DNA of 64,000 bases, from IMG/VR virus record IMGVR_UViG_3300035703_000006, positions 183,113 to 247,112 of that record; one strand, given 5' to 3'. Numbering within the stretch: position 1 is the first letter of the stretch; the number at the start of each line of letters is the position of its first letter. Both the position numbers and the translations under genes were made by a program. The notes beneath the pieces were generated by a model. It had not been told where the DNA came from. It searched no databases and saw only the letters and a list, made by a program, of their open reading frames with translations. Of this stretch, positions 31,301 to 39,863 are shown piece after piece.

Positions 31301-32376
31301 TCCACCACAAAAAGAAGATAAAGTAGTTAAGTGGCAACTTTCTGTGGAAATAGATGGTCCCAGTGGAGAATATTTTGTATGTTTCCCTGATGACCTTCTA
31401 GAGGCAGCAAATCTTAAAGAAGGTGATGAAATTAAATGGGTTGATAATGGTGATGGTTCTTATACTATTCGTAAGGTAACTAAAGAGATTAAAATGGAGA
31501 ATTGTTGATGGCATTATCGGATTCTGTTGAAACTAACTTAAAAGAAGCAGAACAATCATTACGTGCTGCATTGTCATTTGCGGCACGTCAAGAACGTCCA
31601 ATGGTAGTTTCTGTGATTGCTGATTTAATTTCCCGCATTGAATCTGTGAGAAATACTGATGCAATTCTAGATAAACTTGAAAATCGCAAATTTGGTGACT
31701 CTGGATTTTTTGGAACTTTCTTTGGTAAAGAATGATGGAAGAAAAACAACCCAACGAATTTGGTAAAGCAATGCAAGAGTGGTGGGATTCCGATGCTTGT
31801 AAAAATCTTCAGAAAGCAAATAAAGAAGCACGAGAACGTGCAGTTGGAAAGTATTTTATGCTTCCAGAATCAGAAAAACTGGATATGGTAGAAGCAATCA
31901 CATACATTATGTGCAAAGCAGAACAAAATGGGTGCAGTCATCGTGGACTTCAAGATGCACTTGGAATCTATCCTGCTGGTTTTTGGGTGAACCATCTTAT
32001 GGATGTACATAACTCACTTTACGAGTATTTTGATAAAAAAAGACAAAAACAAGAACTAGAGGACGATATTAAAACTTTACAGAAGTTTACGGAAAAAGAA
32101 AGAGAAGATTAAGAAAAATCATTTTGACTAGATATTATGTTAGGATTTCAACAAATTTGAAAAGAAACTATGACCCTCTCAAAAACTGGAACTGAAGTTC
32201 TAAATGATGAAGAATGGAATGAATTGGTTGCTCTTAAGAACGCAATTCATGATAATCCAGCATCAGTATCTTATGAAAAAATGGAAAAATTTACTGAACT
32301 AATGGTTCGTTCTCTTGAAGGTAAATTTGACCCTCCTCCTCCAAAAAATTGGAGAGGAAACACTTTAAGTGAGTGA
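28340..32376 (+). other. Array of about 18 small, tightly overlapping hypothetical phage genes
   Basis: ORFs 28340-28468, 28480-28620, 28604-28792, 28789-29034, 29059-29298, 29291-29542, 29539-29748, 29757-29921, 29902-30111, 30232-30435, 30435-30635, 30635-30793, 31508-31735, 31732-32112, 32170-32376, many with start/stop overlaps. Confidence 0.75.
30783..31508 (+). CDS. Protein with C-terminal AbrB/MazE-like DNA-binding domain
   Basis: GEYFVCFPDDLLEAANLKEGDEIKWVDNGDGSYTIRKV. Confidence 0.6.
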   Translation: MDFDYKKYSLENLENWMHDAMSCAEATPQEIYDVIVGVVKENYYTYKHQASQAYELLSLLNSGIDNNKYQNILNKVLRCDKDDSFEECKKSWTSFWEDDAMPPWGHSDLEALKYTDEELNAMCDNAASDQEKEQCREYNLREAEYYDKRAKLDATYDDMVAAGYTMTDDGFWIPPQKEDKVVKWQLSVEIDGPSGEYFVCFPDDLLEAANLKEGDEIKWVDNGDGSYTIRKVTKEIKMENC

Positions 32377-32406
32377 GATAAATATATAAGGGTTTGGTGT
32401 ATATAA

Positions 32407-33201
32407 ATGCTTGACGAAGCAAGGAAAAGAGAGAAAGTTGCGAATGCATTTTTAGCAGCAACAATGGCAGCATCTGCTGCACAATCACCAAAAGATTTCG
32501 TAAGAACAGGACACATTGAAGCACCTGGAACTGCTTTAATGCAAATGTGGGGAAAGAAAAGAGGTGAGGCAGAAAGAAATTTAGATAGTGGTAGAGTATC
32601 TCATCCTGCTCGCAATCGCAAGAAAAAGACATTTGAGGAATTTGTTTCTGAAGCAAGACAACCAACATTTTCAAGTAGAGCAGAACTTGAAAAGCATCAT
32701 AGTGGAATTCCATCTGGGTATTATGCTAATAATGCGGGAAGTACAGAAAATCCAAAGTGGAGACTGAAACCAAAATCTGGTGGTGTTAAAGAGAGACAGG
32801 CAAGAGCAGAAAGAATTGCTACTTTGAGTTCTGATGAAGAAAAACAAGCAGCAGCAAAAAAGGCAAATAAATTAAAAAGAGCAGGACTTGAGGCACATCA
32901 CATTACTCCAACTCATTATTCTGCAAAAATTAAATCATCTATGAGTGATGCTGAGTGGGAAGCACGAAAGAAAAGAGATGCAGAACAAGGAATTTATCAC
33001 GGGCATCATCCTAAAAATGTAATGGGTGTTGTGACTGATAGAACACCAGAAAGTAGAAGTAAAAGAGGAATTCGTCATAGAGCAGGTGGAGCACACGAAT
33101 TGGAAGGAAAGACGAAAGATATTGCACACGTTGGGCACAAGGGATTACTTGCTGCGGCACATAAAAGAAGATTGAGAAAAGAAAAGGAAACAAATAAATA
33201 A
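32407..33201 (+). CDS. Basic late protein with internal KTFEEFVSEA signal and HNH-like C-terminus
   Basis: ATAAATA upstream; KKTFEEFVSEA; LEAHHITP...HHPKNV. Confidence 0.6.
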   Translation: MLDEARKREKVANAFLAATMAASAAQSPKDFVRTGHIEAPGTALMQMWGKKRGEAERNLDSGRVSHPARNRKKKTFEEFVSEARQPTFSSRAELEKHHSGIPSGYYANNAGSTENPKWRLKPKSGGVKERQARAERIATLSSDEEKQAAAKKANKLKRAGLEAHHITPTHYSAKIKSSMSDAEWEARKKRDAEQGIYHGHHPKNVMGVVTDRTPESRSKRGIRHRAGGAHELEGKTKDIAHVGHKGLLAAAHKRRLRKEKETNK

Positions 33202-33220
33202 AAATAAAAGTCATAAAAAG

Positions 33221-33679
33221 ATGAAGACCTTCAAAGAGTTTTTAGAAGAAGCATATCTCGTTGAGATGCGTAAAGAAGATAAAGTTAAGGGTGAGAAGAA
33301 AACTCCACTTTATGTGACTAAAACTTCTGGTAGAGTTGTGAAGAATCCTGAGACTGGTCGTTCAGAAGTTAAAAAATCAACAAGAACTGCACTATCACCT
33401 AGAGCAGCAATCGGTAGGATTAAGCAGGGTATGAAAGACCCTCTCAACACCTATAGTCAACCAGAAACTTATGGTGCTACTAGACACGCACAAGGTGGTG
33501 GTGGAAGTGGAGCAGCAGCACCTGGAAGACTTAGAGGTGTTGGTAAGTTAGAAAAGCAGAAGATGGATAAGGAACAAAGAGAAAAAGGAGAAAGACCAGT
33601 TGGTTCAGGTCCATCTCCAGAATATAAAGTTGCATTGAGAAGAGCACAAAGAGCACGTTCATCTGGTGGTGGAAGATGA
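33221..33679 (+). CDS. Putative head internal protein
   Basis: N-terminus MKTFKEFLEEA resembles the T4 IP capsid-targeting sequence; very basic. Confidence 0.65.
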   Translation: MKTFKEFLEEAYLVEMRKEDKVKGEKKTPLYVTKTSGRVVKNPETGRSEVKKSTRTALSPRAAIGRIKQGMKDPLNTYSQPETYGATRHAQGGGGSGAAAPGRLRGVGKLEKQKMDKEQREKGERPVGSGPSPEYKVALRRAQRARSSGGGR

Positions 33680-34998
33680 AGACTTATCAAGAGTTTATTT
33701 CTGAAGCAAAGAAGTGTTGGCCTGGATATAAGAAGAAAGGCACTCAAAAACTCTTTGGGAAGACTTATAATCGTTGTGTGAAAGAAGGAAAAGTTCCCTG
33801 GGATGACCCAAAATATCCACTACAAAGTGGATGGACTCCAGCAGAAAAGAATAGAGCAAAAAGAGAAAGAACTGGTGTAGAAGACCCTAATAATCCACAA
33901 TATAAAATAAGTGATAAAGATATGGCTAGATATAGTGGAATGAAAGAAGTAGATGATACTGAAACTTCAAAATCACCTAAACAAAAGAAAACTTTATTAG
34001 GTAAAAAGAAACCACTAGAACATAAAACTCCTCCACACAAATTCAAAAAACAAAGACATGTAGACAACACATCTGATAATCCGTATTCTAAAAATTCAGC
34101 TTCTGGTTTATTAAAACCTGCAACTCATACAAAGGGGCAAGGAAGAAGAGCAGTAGGAGATAAATTTGATTCAACAATAGCACAAACTCCAATTCGTTCT
34201 GATGATACAAGAAGAAGAACCTCCAAAAAATGGGGAGGACCAAATCCAAAAAAAGAAGAATTTGAATATGAACTAGAAGAAAGTTCATCGGGTGAAAGAA
34301 GTGGAAGAAGAACCAGAGGCAAGGTAACTCTTGCCCGTGGTCGTGGTGCTGATATGGACCGTAAAGAGAGAACTACTGCTGCGATTGCAAAGAAAGCAGG
34401 TCTCAAGGGAACTGGTAAGTATTCCACTAAAGATTTGAGAACCAGAGCAGATGATTATACAACTTATGATAGTGATGATACTGATGATGATTATGGTAGC
34501 ACCGAGCAGGACCATTACATCCGCACTCACTCTTCTGCAAGAAAAGCAGCAAAGGGAGAGCATTTAGTTAAAAAATACAAGTTTAGAAGAAAAACACCCG
34601 AAGGACACACTAAAGTTAAAACTGCACCTTCAAGTGAAAGTGTAAGAAGAGTAAAGGATTTAAGAAAACAAATGACTAAAGCAGGTGCTAATAAGAGAGG
34701 TCCAGTTCATACTGTTGATATTATGCATCGTGATAGTGATGTTGGAAAAGGTGATAAGGACCAACAAATGGAAAGAGGTAGAAACTTTATCCAAGCACTG
34801 AAAGATACACCAAAGCATCTGAAGAGAGCAGGTGCAAAAAAAGGTGAAACTGTAGTCGGAAAACCAACAGCAGTGATGTCTGGTGAAGACCAGAAGACTG
34901 GAGTAGCAAAGAGAGCAAAACTTTATAAGAAAGTATTCGGCAAAAAGAGCACTGAAAAGTCCGCAAAAACAGGATTGATGACTGGAAAGGTCGATTGA
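33676..34998 (+). CDS. Putative head internal protein
   Basis: N-terminus MKTYQEFISEA; CWPGY...NRCVKE motif; Lys/Arg rich. Confidence 0.68.
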   Translation: MKTYQEFISEAKKCWPGYKKKGTQKLFGKTYNRCVKEGKVPWDDPKYPLQSGWTPAEKNRAKRERTGVEDPNNPQYKISDKDMARYSGMKEVDDTETSKSPKQKKTLLGKKKPLEHKTPPHKFKKQRHVDNTSDNPYSKNSASGLLKPATHTKGQGRRAVGDKFDSTIAQTPIRSDDTRRRTSKKWGGPNPKKEEFEYELEESSSGERSGRRTRGKVTLARGRGADMDRKERTTAAIAKKAGLKGTGKYSTKDLRTRADDYTTYDSDDTDDDYGSTEQDHYIRTHSSARKAAKGEHLVKKYKFRRKTPEGHTKVKTAPSSESVRRVKDLRKQMTKAGANKRGPVHTVDIMHRDSDVGKGDKDQQMERGRNFIQALKDTPKHLKRAGAKKGETVVGKPTAVMSGEDQKTGVAKRAKLYKKVFGKKSTEKSAKTGLMTGKVD

Positions 34999-35053
34999 AC
35001 CACTTTCCAAACTGTCCCCAGACCCCGCAAGGGGTCTTTTTTTGTGCTATAAT
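34998..35053 (+). promoter_or_regulatory. Palindrome + -10 early promoter overlapping a terminator
   Basis: AACCACTT-N4-AACTGTCC, TGCTATAAT; terminator AGACCCC-GCAA-GGGGTCT plus T-run at 35020-35043. Confidence 0.65.
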
Positions 35054-35073
35054 ACTTGAAACAAAGGACTCAA

Positions 35074-35481
35074 ATGGAACTTACAGTTGTAGCAATCAAA
35101 CGTGAAGATGGTCTGTATCACTTTGACCATCCTCATAATGATACAGTTGAAGAACTGCTGATGAATGGAACTGAAGAAGCAATTGATGAGCATTGCTACT
35201 TTAAGACTGGGAAGTATCCGATTGAAGGTGATGAAGTTGAGATTTCTCTCTTCCTTGAAGAACCTGCTGATTATGATACTCTTCTTGTGAAAGAAGTATC
35301 TGATGAAGAAGGAACAACTTATACTGATACTACAATGTGTCTTCCTGTATGGTTGTGCAACTGGAACCAAGGGTATTTTGGTTTTGTTCCAGAAAACCTT
35401 TATGTAAAAGTTCGTCCAATTAACAAAGGTCTTGAGAGTTTTGTGAAAACAACGGGAATGACTGGGTTTCTCAATAAATAA
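35074..35481 (+). CDS. Hypothetical protein (DUF6717-like)
   Basis: E.L..G.EE.ID..Y....WLC...YFG..PE.LYVK. Confidence 0.5.
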   Translation: MELTVVAIKREDGLYHFDHPHNDTVEELLMNGTEEAIDEHCYFKTGKYPIEGDEVEISLFLEEPADYDTLLVKEVSDEEGTTYTDTTMCLPVWLCNWNQGYFGFVPENLYVKVRPINKGLESFVKTTGMTGFLNK

Positions 35482-35501
35482 AGTTACTGAAAGAATTTAA
35501 G

Positions 35502-35828
35502 ATGCTCTCAACACAATACAGACTTAGGTTAGAAGCAATCTGCCATAAAATTTCCTTACACGAAGAAGTGTCTCTTGAAGATATGATTTGGGCAGAAAAA
35601 CTTGCAAAAGCAAATCGTTCTGCTGGGACAATGTTACGACAAGCACGTAGAAAGGCAGAAAATCCTGATATGCAAGAAGGTGATATGGATGATTTTTTAA
35701 ATCAACTTGATATTGGTGGTTTGGGAAATGAAAGATTTGGTGTTCGTAGATTTGAAAGTGTTGATGATATTGTAGATTTCTTTTCTGAAGATAGGGATAA
35801 ACCAGATGATTGGAGACAAAGAGATTGA
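35502..35828 (+). CDS. Conserved cyanophage hypothetical protein
   Basis: MLSTQYRLRLE.IC..WAEKL.KAN..LRQARR..DDW.QRD. Confidence 0.7.
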   Translation: MLSTQYRLRLEAICHKISLHEEVSLEDMIWAEKLAKANRSAGTMLRQARRKAENPDMQEGDMDDFLNQLDIGGLGNERFGVRRFESVDDIVDFFSEDRDKPDDWRQRD

Positions 35829-35851
35829 GGTAAAAATAAATAAAAATAAAA

Positions 35852-36220
35852 ATGAAAACCTTTAAAGAATTTATTGAAGAATCTTGGTCACAAAAATATA
35901 AAAAGTCCATTGATTGCAATAATCCAAAAGGATTTTCACAAAAAGCACATTGTGCTGGAAGAAAGAAAAGAGCAGCAGGTGGTGAAACTAAATCTAAACC
36001 AATCTCCGAACATTGTGGTTGCACAGATAACGCAGTAGGTGAACTTGAGGACGGACTCAAGAAATTGAATGATACTTCTTATGATTCAATTGATAAGTTA
36101 ATGCGTAAAATTATGAAAAAGCACAAGATGAGTGCAAAGGAACTACATAATGCTTTTGTTGACACTCACGGTAAAATACCTGATGAGTGGATAAAACAAA
36201 TAAATAAAAGAAAAAAGTAA
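35852..36220 (+). CDS. Putative head internal protein
   Basis: MKTFKEFIEES; WS.KYK.SIDC.NPKGFSQKAHC. Confidence 0.65.
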   Translation: MKTFKEFIEESWSQKYKKSIDCNNPKGFSQKAHCAGRKKRAAGGETKSKPISEHCGCTDNAVGELEDGLKKLNDTSYDSIDKLMRKIMKKHKMSAKELHNAFVDTHGKIPDEWIKQINKRKK

Positions 36221-36224
36221 TCAG

Positions 36225-36383
36225 ATGAAACCAACACCTAGAGAACTACAGGAAACTTATAAGACTTATTCAAAAGTTGTAGAGCATTTAGTTGCTGAAG
36301 GTTATGCAGATGATAATGAATCAGCAGATAAGATTATTGAGGGAATGAGTGAAACCTGGTATAATCTTATTATTGGATATTGA
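36225..36383 (+). CDS. 52-aa stand-alone HLxxEGYA module protein (absent from the ORF track)
   Basis: MKPTPRELQETYKTYSKVVEHLVAEGYADDNESADKIIEGMSETWYNLIIGY; ATAAATA upstream. Confidence 0.65.
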   Translation: MKPTPRELQETYKTYSKVVEHLVAEGYADDNESADKIIEGMSETWYNLIIGY

Positions 36384-36414
36384 TTTTATAAATACCTAAA
36401 AAGTATTTGTAAAA

Positions 36415-37245
36415 ATGGACGCACAAGACCTGCATAATCTTTCAGAAGCATATAGAGAAGTTTATGATAATATAATGGAAAGGGAAGATAGTCCTTATGA
36501 AAAAGCATCTGATGCAGCATTAGATGCAAGATATGGATATGGAAGAGCAACTGGGGATAAACGTTCTTTTGGAAGAGCAGCAAATCGTGCGTCTGCTGCT
36601 GCAATGTTGAAAAGATTGAGAAGAGATAGGGATGAAGGAAGATCAACTTCTAGAGAATCTGGAGCAGATGCAGTTCATCAAGGATGGGCACACACCGCAA
36701 GAACAAGTTCAGACCAAACACCAGAAAAGAAAGAAAGAAGAGCAAAACTTGCTGATACCTCATATTCAAATCTCCCTGATGATGAAAAGGAAAAAGATAG
36801 AGTTTCTGCTGACGCAGTAAGAGCAGTTTATAATAGAAATAAATCAACTAAAAAGGAAGAAGTGGATATTTACGACATTATCCTTTCGCACTTACTTGAT
36901 GAAGGATATGCCGAAACACCAGAAGCAGCAGAAGTCATTATGGTCAATATGAGTGAAGATTGGAGAGAAGATATTGTAGAAGCATACAAAGAACTTCCTG
37001 TTGGTAAAATGAGAAAACAGGTCATTAAACACGCTGCCTCTGGCACAAAGAGAGCATTTTTGTCAAAATTTAGAGGACAAAAAGGAACTACAGCAGGAAA
37101 TGTTGAAGATGCAAAAGCAATGAAATCTTTGAATAAGGCAAAAAAAATTCAAGCTGAAATTGAAAATAGAGAAAAAATGGGATCAGATTTTTATCAGGGT
37201 TCTAGAGAAGGACGTGCTCTTGTCAATAAAAGAAGAGGTCGTTGA
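36415..37245 (+). CDS. Late protein with RyR-like domain and HLxDEGYA module
   Basis: TATAAATA at 36387; AVHQGW..YSNLPDDEKEKDR; YDIILSHLLDEGYAET.EAA..IMVNMSE.W. Confidence 0.62.
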   Translation: MDAQDLHNLSEAYREVYDNIMEREDSPYEKASDAALDARYGYGRATGDKRSFGRAANRASAAAMLKRLRRDRDEGRSTSRESGADAVHQGWAHTARTSSDQTPEKKERRAKLADTSYSNLPDDEKEKDRVSADAVRAVYNRNKSTKKEEVDIYDIILSHLLDEGYAETPEAAEVIMVNMSEDWREDIVEAYKELPVGKMRKQVIKHAASGTKRAFLSKFRGQKGTTAGNVEDAKAMKSLNKAKKIQAEIENREKMGSDFYQGSREGRALVNKRRGR

Positions 37246-37301
37246 GGACACCTCAGCATCTGTCCACTAGTCTTGCCAAGCACCCCAAGAGGTGCTATGA
37301 T
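37246..37301 (+). promoter_or_regulatory. Palindrome + -10 early promoter
   Basis: GGACACCT-N4-ATCTGTCC, TGCTATGAT. Confidence 0.6.
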
Positions 37302-37326
37302 TACTAGGTAATCAAGAGAGGCACTG

Positions 37327-37545
37327 ATGGAAGTTCTTGAGTTCACTGATTCTTCTGCTATTGCAAAGATTCAGTTTGATAATGAACAAAATCAAGTAGG
37401 AATTGCTTATACCTACAAACCAGACAAAGTTTATGTCTTTAACTGCAACGATTTGACTCTTGTGAAAGAAAAAGTCAAAGGTGCAGAAAGTGTTGGAAAA
37501 CTTGTTTCTGAACTTCGTAAAGATGGGACTTTGATTGCTACTTGA
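37327..37545 (+). CDS. KTSC-like small protein
   Basis: SSAIAKIQFD....IAY....YVF....AESVGK. Confidence 0.6.
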   Translation: MEVLEFTDSSAIAKIQFDNEQNQVGIAYTYKPDKVYVFNCNDLTLVKEKVKGAESVGKLVSELRKDGTLIAT

Positions 37546-37586
37546 CAAAGAGTTCCAAGTCCTCTACAATTGACTTGGGTTTTTAT

Positions 37587-37674
37587 GGAAGTGAGACTTG
37601 GTAGTCAGAGTCGTCTTATAAACGATTTGCCCCAGATTAGGGCCTTTGAGATGGTTCGAATCCATCCACTTCTA
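37587..37674 (+). tRNA. Atypical tRNA with anticodon TAT (nominally Ile)
   Basis: GGAAGTG/CACTTCT acceptor, AGTCGT-CTTATAA-ACGATT, long variable arm, GATGG-TTCGAAT-CCATC; TTGACA-N17-TACAAT promoter upstream. Confidence 0.75.
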
Positions 37675-37678
37675 CCTT

Positions 37679-37752
37679 GCTCGTTTAGCAATCTGTCCGA
37701 ATGCAATCGTCTCATAAACGATCGAAGGTGGGTTAGATTCCCACAACGAGCA
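37679..37752 (+). tRNA. tRNA-CAT (Ile2 or Met)
   Basis: GCTCGTT/AACGAGC; ATCGT-CTCATAA-ACGAT; variant T-loop TTAGATT. Confidence 0.8.
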
Positions 37753-37795
37753 CTTGACAATCATAACTCTTTGTGGTATGATTGTCTCATCATCT

Positions 37796-37881
37796 GGGCG
37801 AGTGATGAAATTGGTTAGACATCTCAGACTTAAAATCTGACGGGCATAACGCCCATGCGGGTTCGAGTCCCGCCTCGCCTA
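37796..37881 (+). tRNA. tRNA-Leu(TAA)
   Basis: GGGCGAG/CTCGCCT; TCAGA-CTTAAAA-TCTGA; long variable arm. Confidence 0.93.
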
Positions 37882-37931
37882 TAAAATAACGGAAAAGGCA
37901 TATAAATAACTATACACTTGCCTATTTAAAT

Positions 37932-38396
37932 ATGCCGATGCCTAGAAATTACACTGATGAGCAATTTATAGAAGCAGTTGAAACTTCTACAAGTATTAGA
38001 CAGGTATTGTTTAAACTTGGGCTAAAAGAAGCAGGTGGAAATTATAAAGTTGCTCAAAATAGAATGAAGCAACTTGGTGTTAATTTACTCTCTGGACCTA
38101 ATGGACAAGGTTGGAGTAAAGGAAAAACTCTTGGACCTAAAAGGTCTATTGAAGAATATTTAAAAGAAGATATAGTAGTTCAATCATTTCGACTCAAAAA
38201 TCGCCTATTAGCAGAAGGTCTCAAAGAACACAAGTGCGAGTGCTGTGGTATAACTAAATGGAATGGGCAACCAGCACCAATTGAACTTGATCACATAAAC
38301 GGCAACCATCACGATAATAGATTAGAAAATCTTCGTATCTTATGTCCTAATTGTCACGCTCAAACTGAAACTTACCGAGGAAAAAACAAAAAATGA
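37932..38396 (+). CDS. HNH homing endonuclease
   Basis: CECCG...ELDHINGNHHDNRLENLRILCPNCHAQT; TATAAATA at 37901. Confidence 0.9.
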   Translation: MPMPRNYTDEQFIEAVETSTSIRQVLFKLGLKEAGGNYKVAQNRMKQLGVNLLSGPNGQGWSKGKTLGPKRSIEEYLKEDIVVQSFRLKNRLLAEGLKEHKCECCGITKWNGQPAPIELDHINGNHHDNRLENLRILCPNCHAQTETYRGKNKK

Positions 38397-38998
38397 TTAC
38401 TATTGATTACTTGAAAACCATCTGCGAAACCCAATGGGATTGGAATAGAATTTTTGGAGCAGTAGTTGATGTTTATTCTGATAAAGGATTTAAAAGTAAA
38501 GCAGACAATTTTATTCGATCTAGAATTCTTGAGCTATCTGTAGTTACTTTTTCAGAACTTATTCACATTGATGAAGATGGTGTGGATTTTATTCTGATGG
38601 TTGATGGTCAAGAAGTTTTAATTGAAGGAAAATTTCAAAAAGATTTCTTTAAACAAAGAAAAATTAAAGGAACTAATGAATTTCATACTTGCAATAAAGT
38701 CAAGATGAAAAATTACCGAGGTAAAATTGACGAGGATGCATTTAATAGATTTAAAGGAGAGAATAAATTTCATTATGTAATGATTATTGACCGAGAGTGC
38801 CTTAAAGTTGCGTTTGCATCCAAAGAAACAGCACAAAAATATTATGTTCACGAAGGTGATGGAGTTTTTTCATATCTCCCTTACAATGAATTGACTTATC
38901 TTGATTTGGATGTTGAAAACTTTACATTTCCTTCTTCTAATGTTAAACTTTCTGAGTTATTAGATGAAGTAATCATCAATTGGATTAAGAACCGATGA
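38393..38998 (+). CDS. Putative PD-(D/E)XK nuclease-fold protein
   Basis: E..DGVDF..(9)..IEGK motif; translationally coupled to the methylase. Confidence 0.5.
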   Translation: MITIDYLKTICETQWDWNRIFGAVVDVYSDKGFKSKADNFIRSRILELSVVTFSELIHIDEDGVDFILMVDGQEVLIEGKFQKDFFKQRKIKGTNEFHTCNKVKMKNYRGKIDEDAFNRFKGENKFHYVMIIDRECLKVAFASKETAQKYYVHEGDGVFSYLPYNELTYLDLDVENFTFPSSNVKLSELLDEVIINWIKNR

Positions 38999-39834
38999 AA
39001 CAATTTCCGCTTAAGACGGCATTGCGCTACCCAGGAGGCAAGAGTAAAGCACTAAAAACTCTTGCTCCTTGGTTTCCGAGTGACTTCAAAGAGTTCCGTG
39101 AACCATTCTTGGGTGGTGGAAGCATTTCTTTAATGATTTCCCAAAACTACCCAAAGGTTCCTATTTGGGTAAATGACAAATACTTTTATCTCTATAACTT
39201 CTGGATTCAACTTCGTGATAATGGTCAAACATTATCAGAAAAGTTGAGAGCAATCAAAGAAGAAGTAAATGGGGATGATGAAGCACATAAGGACTTGTTT
39301 AATCTGTATCAAAGTGACATTGAAACTCTTGAACCTTTTGAACAAGCAGTTGCTTTTTTCATTCTAAACAAGTGTTCCTATTCTGGTTTGACTGAAAATT
39401 CTACATTCTCAGTTCAAGCATCACGTTCTAATTTTTCTCTTGTTGGTATTGACAAACTTCCAAAGTATTCATACATTATCAAAGACTGGAAAATCACAAA
39501 CATTGATTATGAATCAGTAATGAATGATGCTGGTGATAACGTATTTGTCTTTCTTGACCCTCCTTACGACATTAAAGATTTTCTTTATGGAACGGGAAGG
39601 AAATTGCACTCCTCATTCTCACACGAAAGATTTGCGGATGATGTAGATAAATGTCCTCATCGTTTTATGATTACTTATAATCTTAATGATTGGTTGTTAA
39701 ATCGTTATAAAGAGTACAATCTTAATGAGTGGAAACTTCGTTATTCAATGGTTCATCGTGGTGAAAAGGGTACTCAGGACAATGTAAAAACAGAATTATT
39801 AATTACAAACTATGTTCTAGATTCAGTTTTATAA
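38995..39834 (+). CDS. dam: DNA adenine methyltransferase (D12/Dam class)
   Basis: RYPGGKS, FREPFLGGGS, WVND, FLDPPY. Confidence 0.9.
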   Translation: MKQFPLKTALRYPGGKSKALKTLAPWFPSDFKEFREPFLGGGSISLMISQNYPKVPIWVNDKYFYLYNFWIQLRDNGQTLSEKLRAIKEEVNGDDEAHKDLFNLYQSDIETLEPFEQAVAFFILNKCSYSGLTENSTFSVQASRSNFSLVGIDKLPKYSYIIKDWKITNIDYESVMNDAGDNVFVFLDPPYDIKDFLYGTGRKLHSSFSHERFADDVDKCPHRFMITYNLNDWLLNRYKEYNLNEWKLRYSMVHRGEKGTQDNVKTELLITNYVLDSVL

Positions 39835-39863
39835 ATAAAGTATATAAAACACATTCTGGACCA

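Noticed and set aside
37570-37818. 82-aa ORF
   Set aside because: Overlaps three tRNA genes
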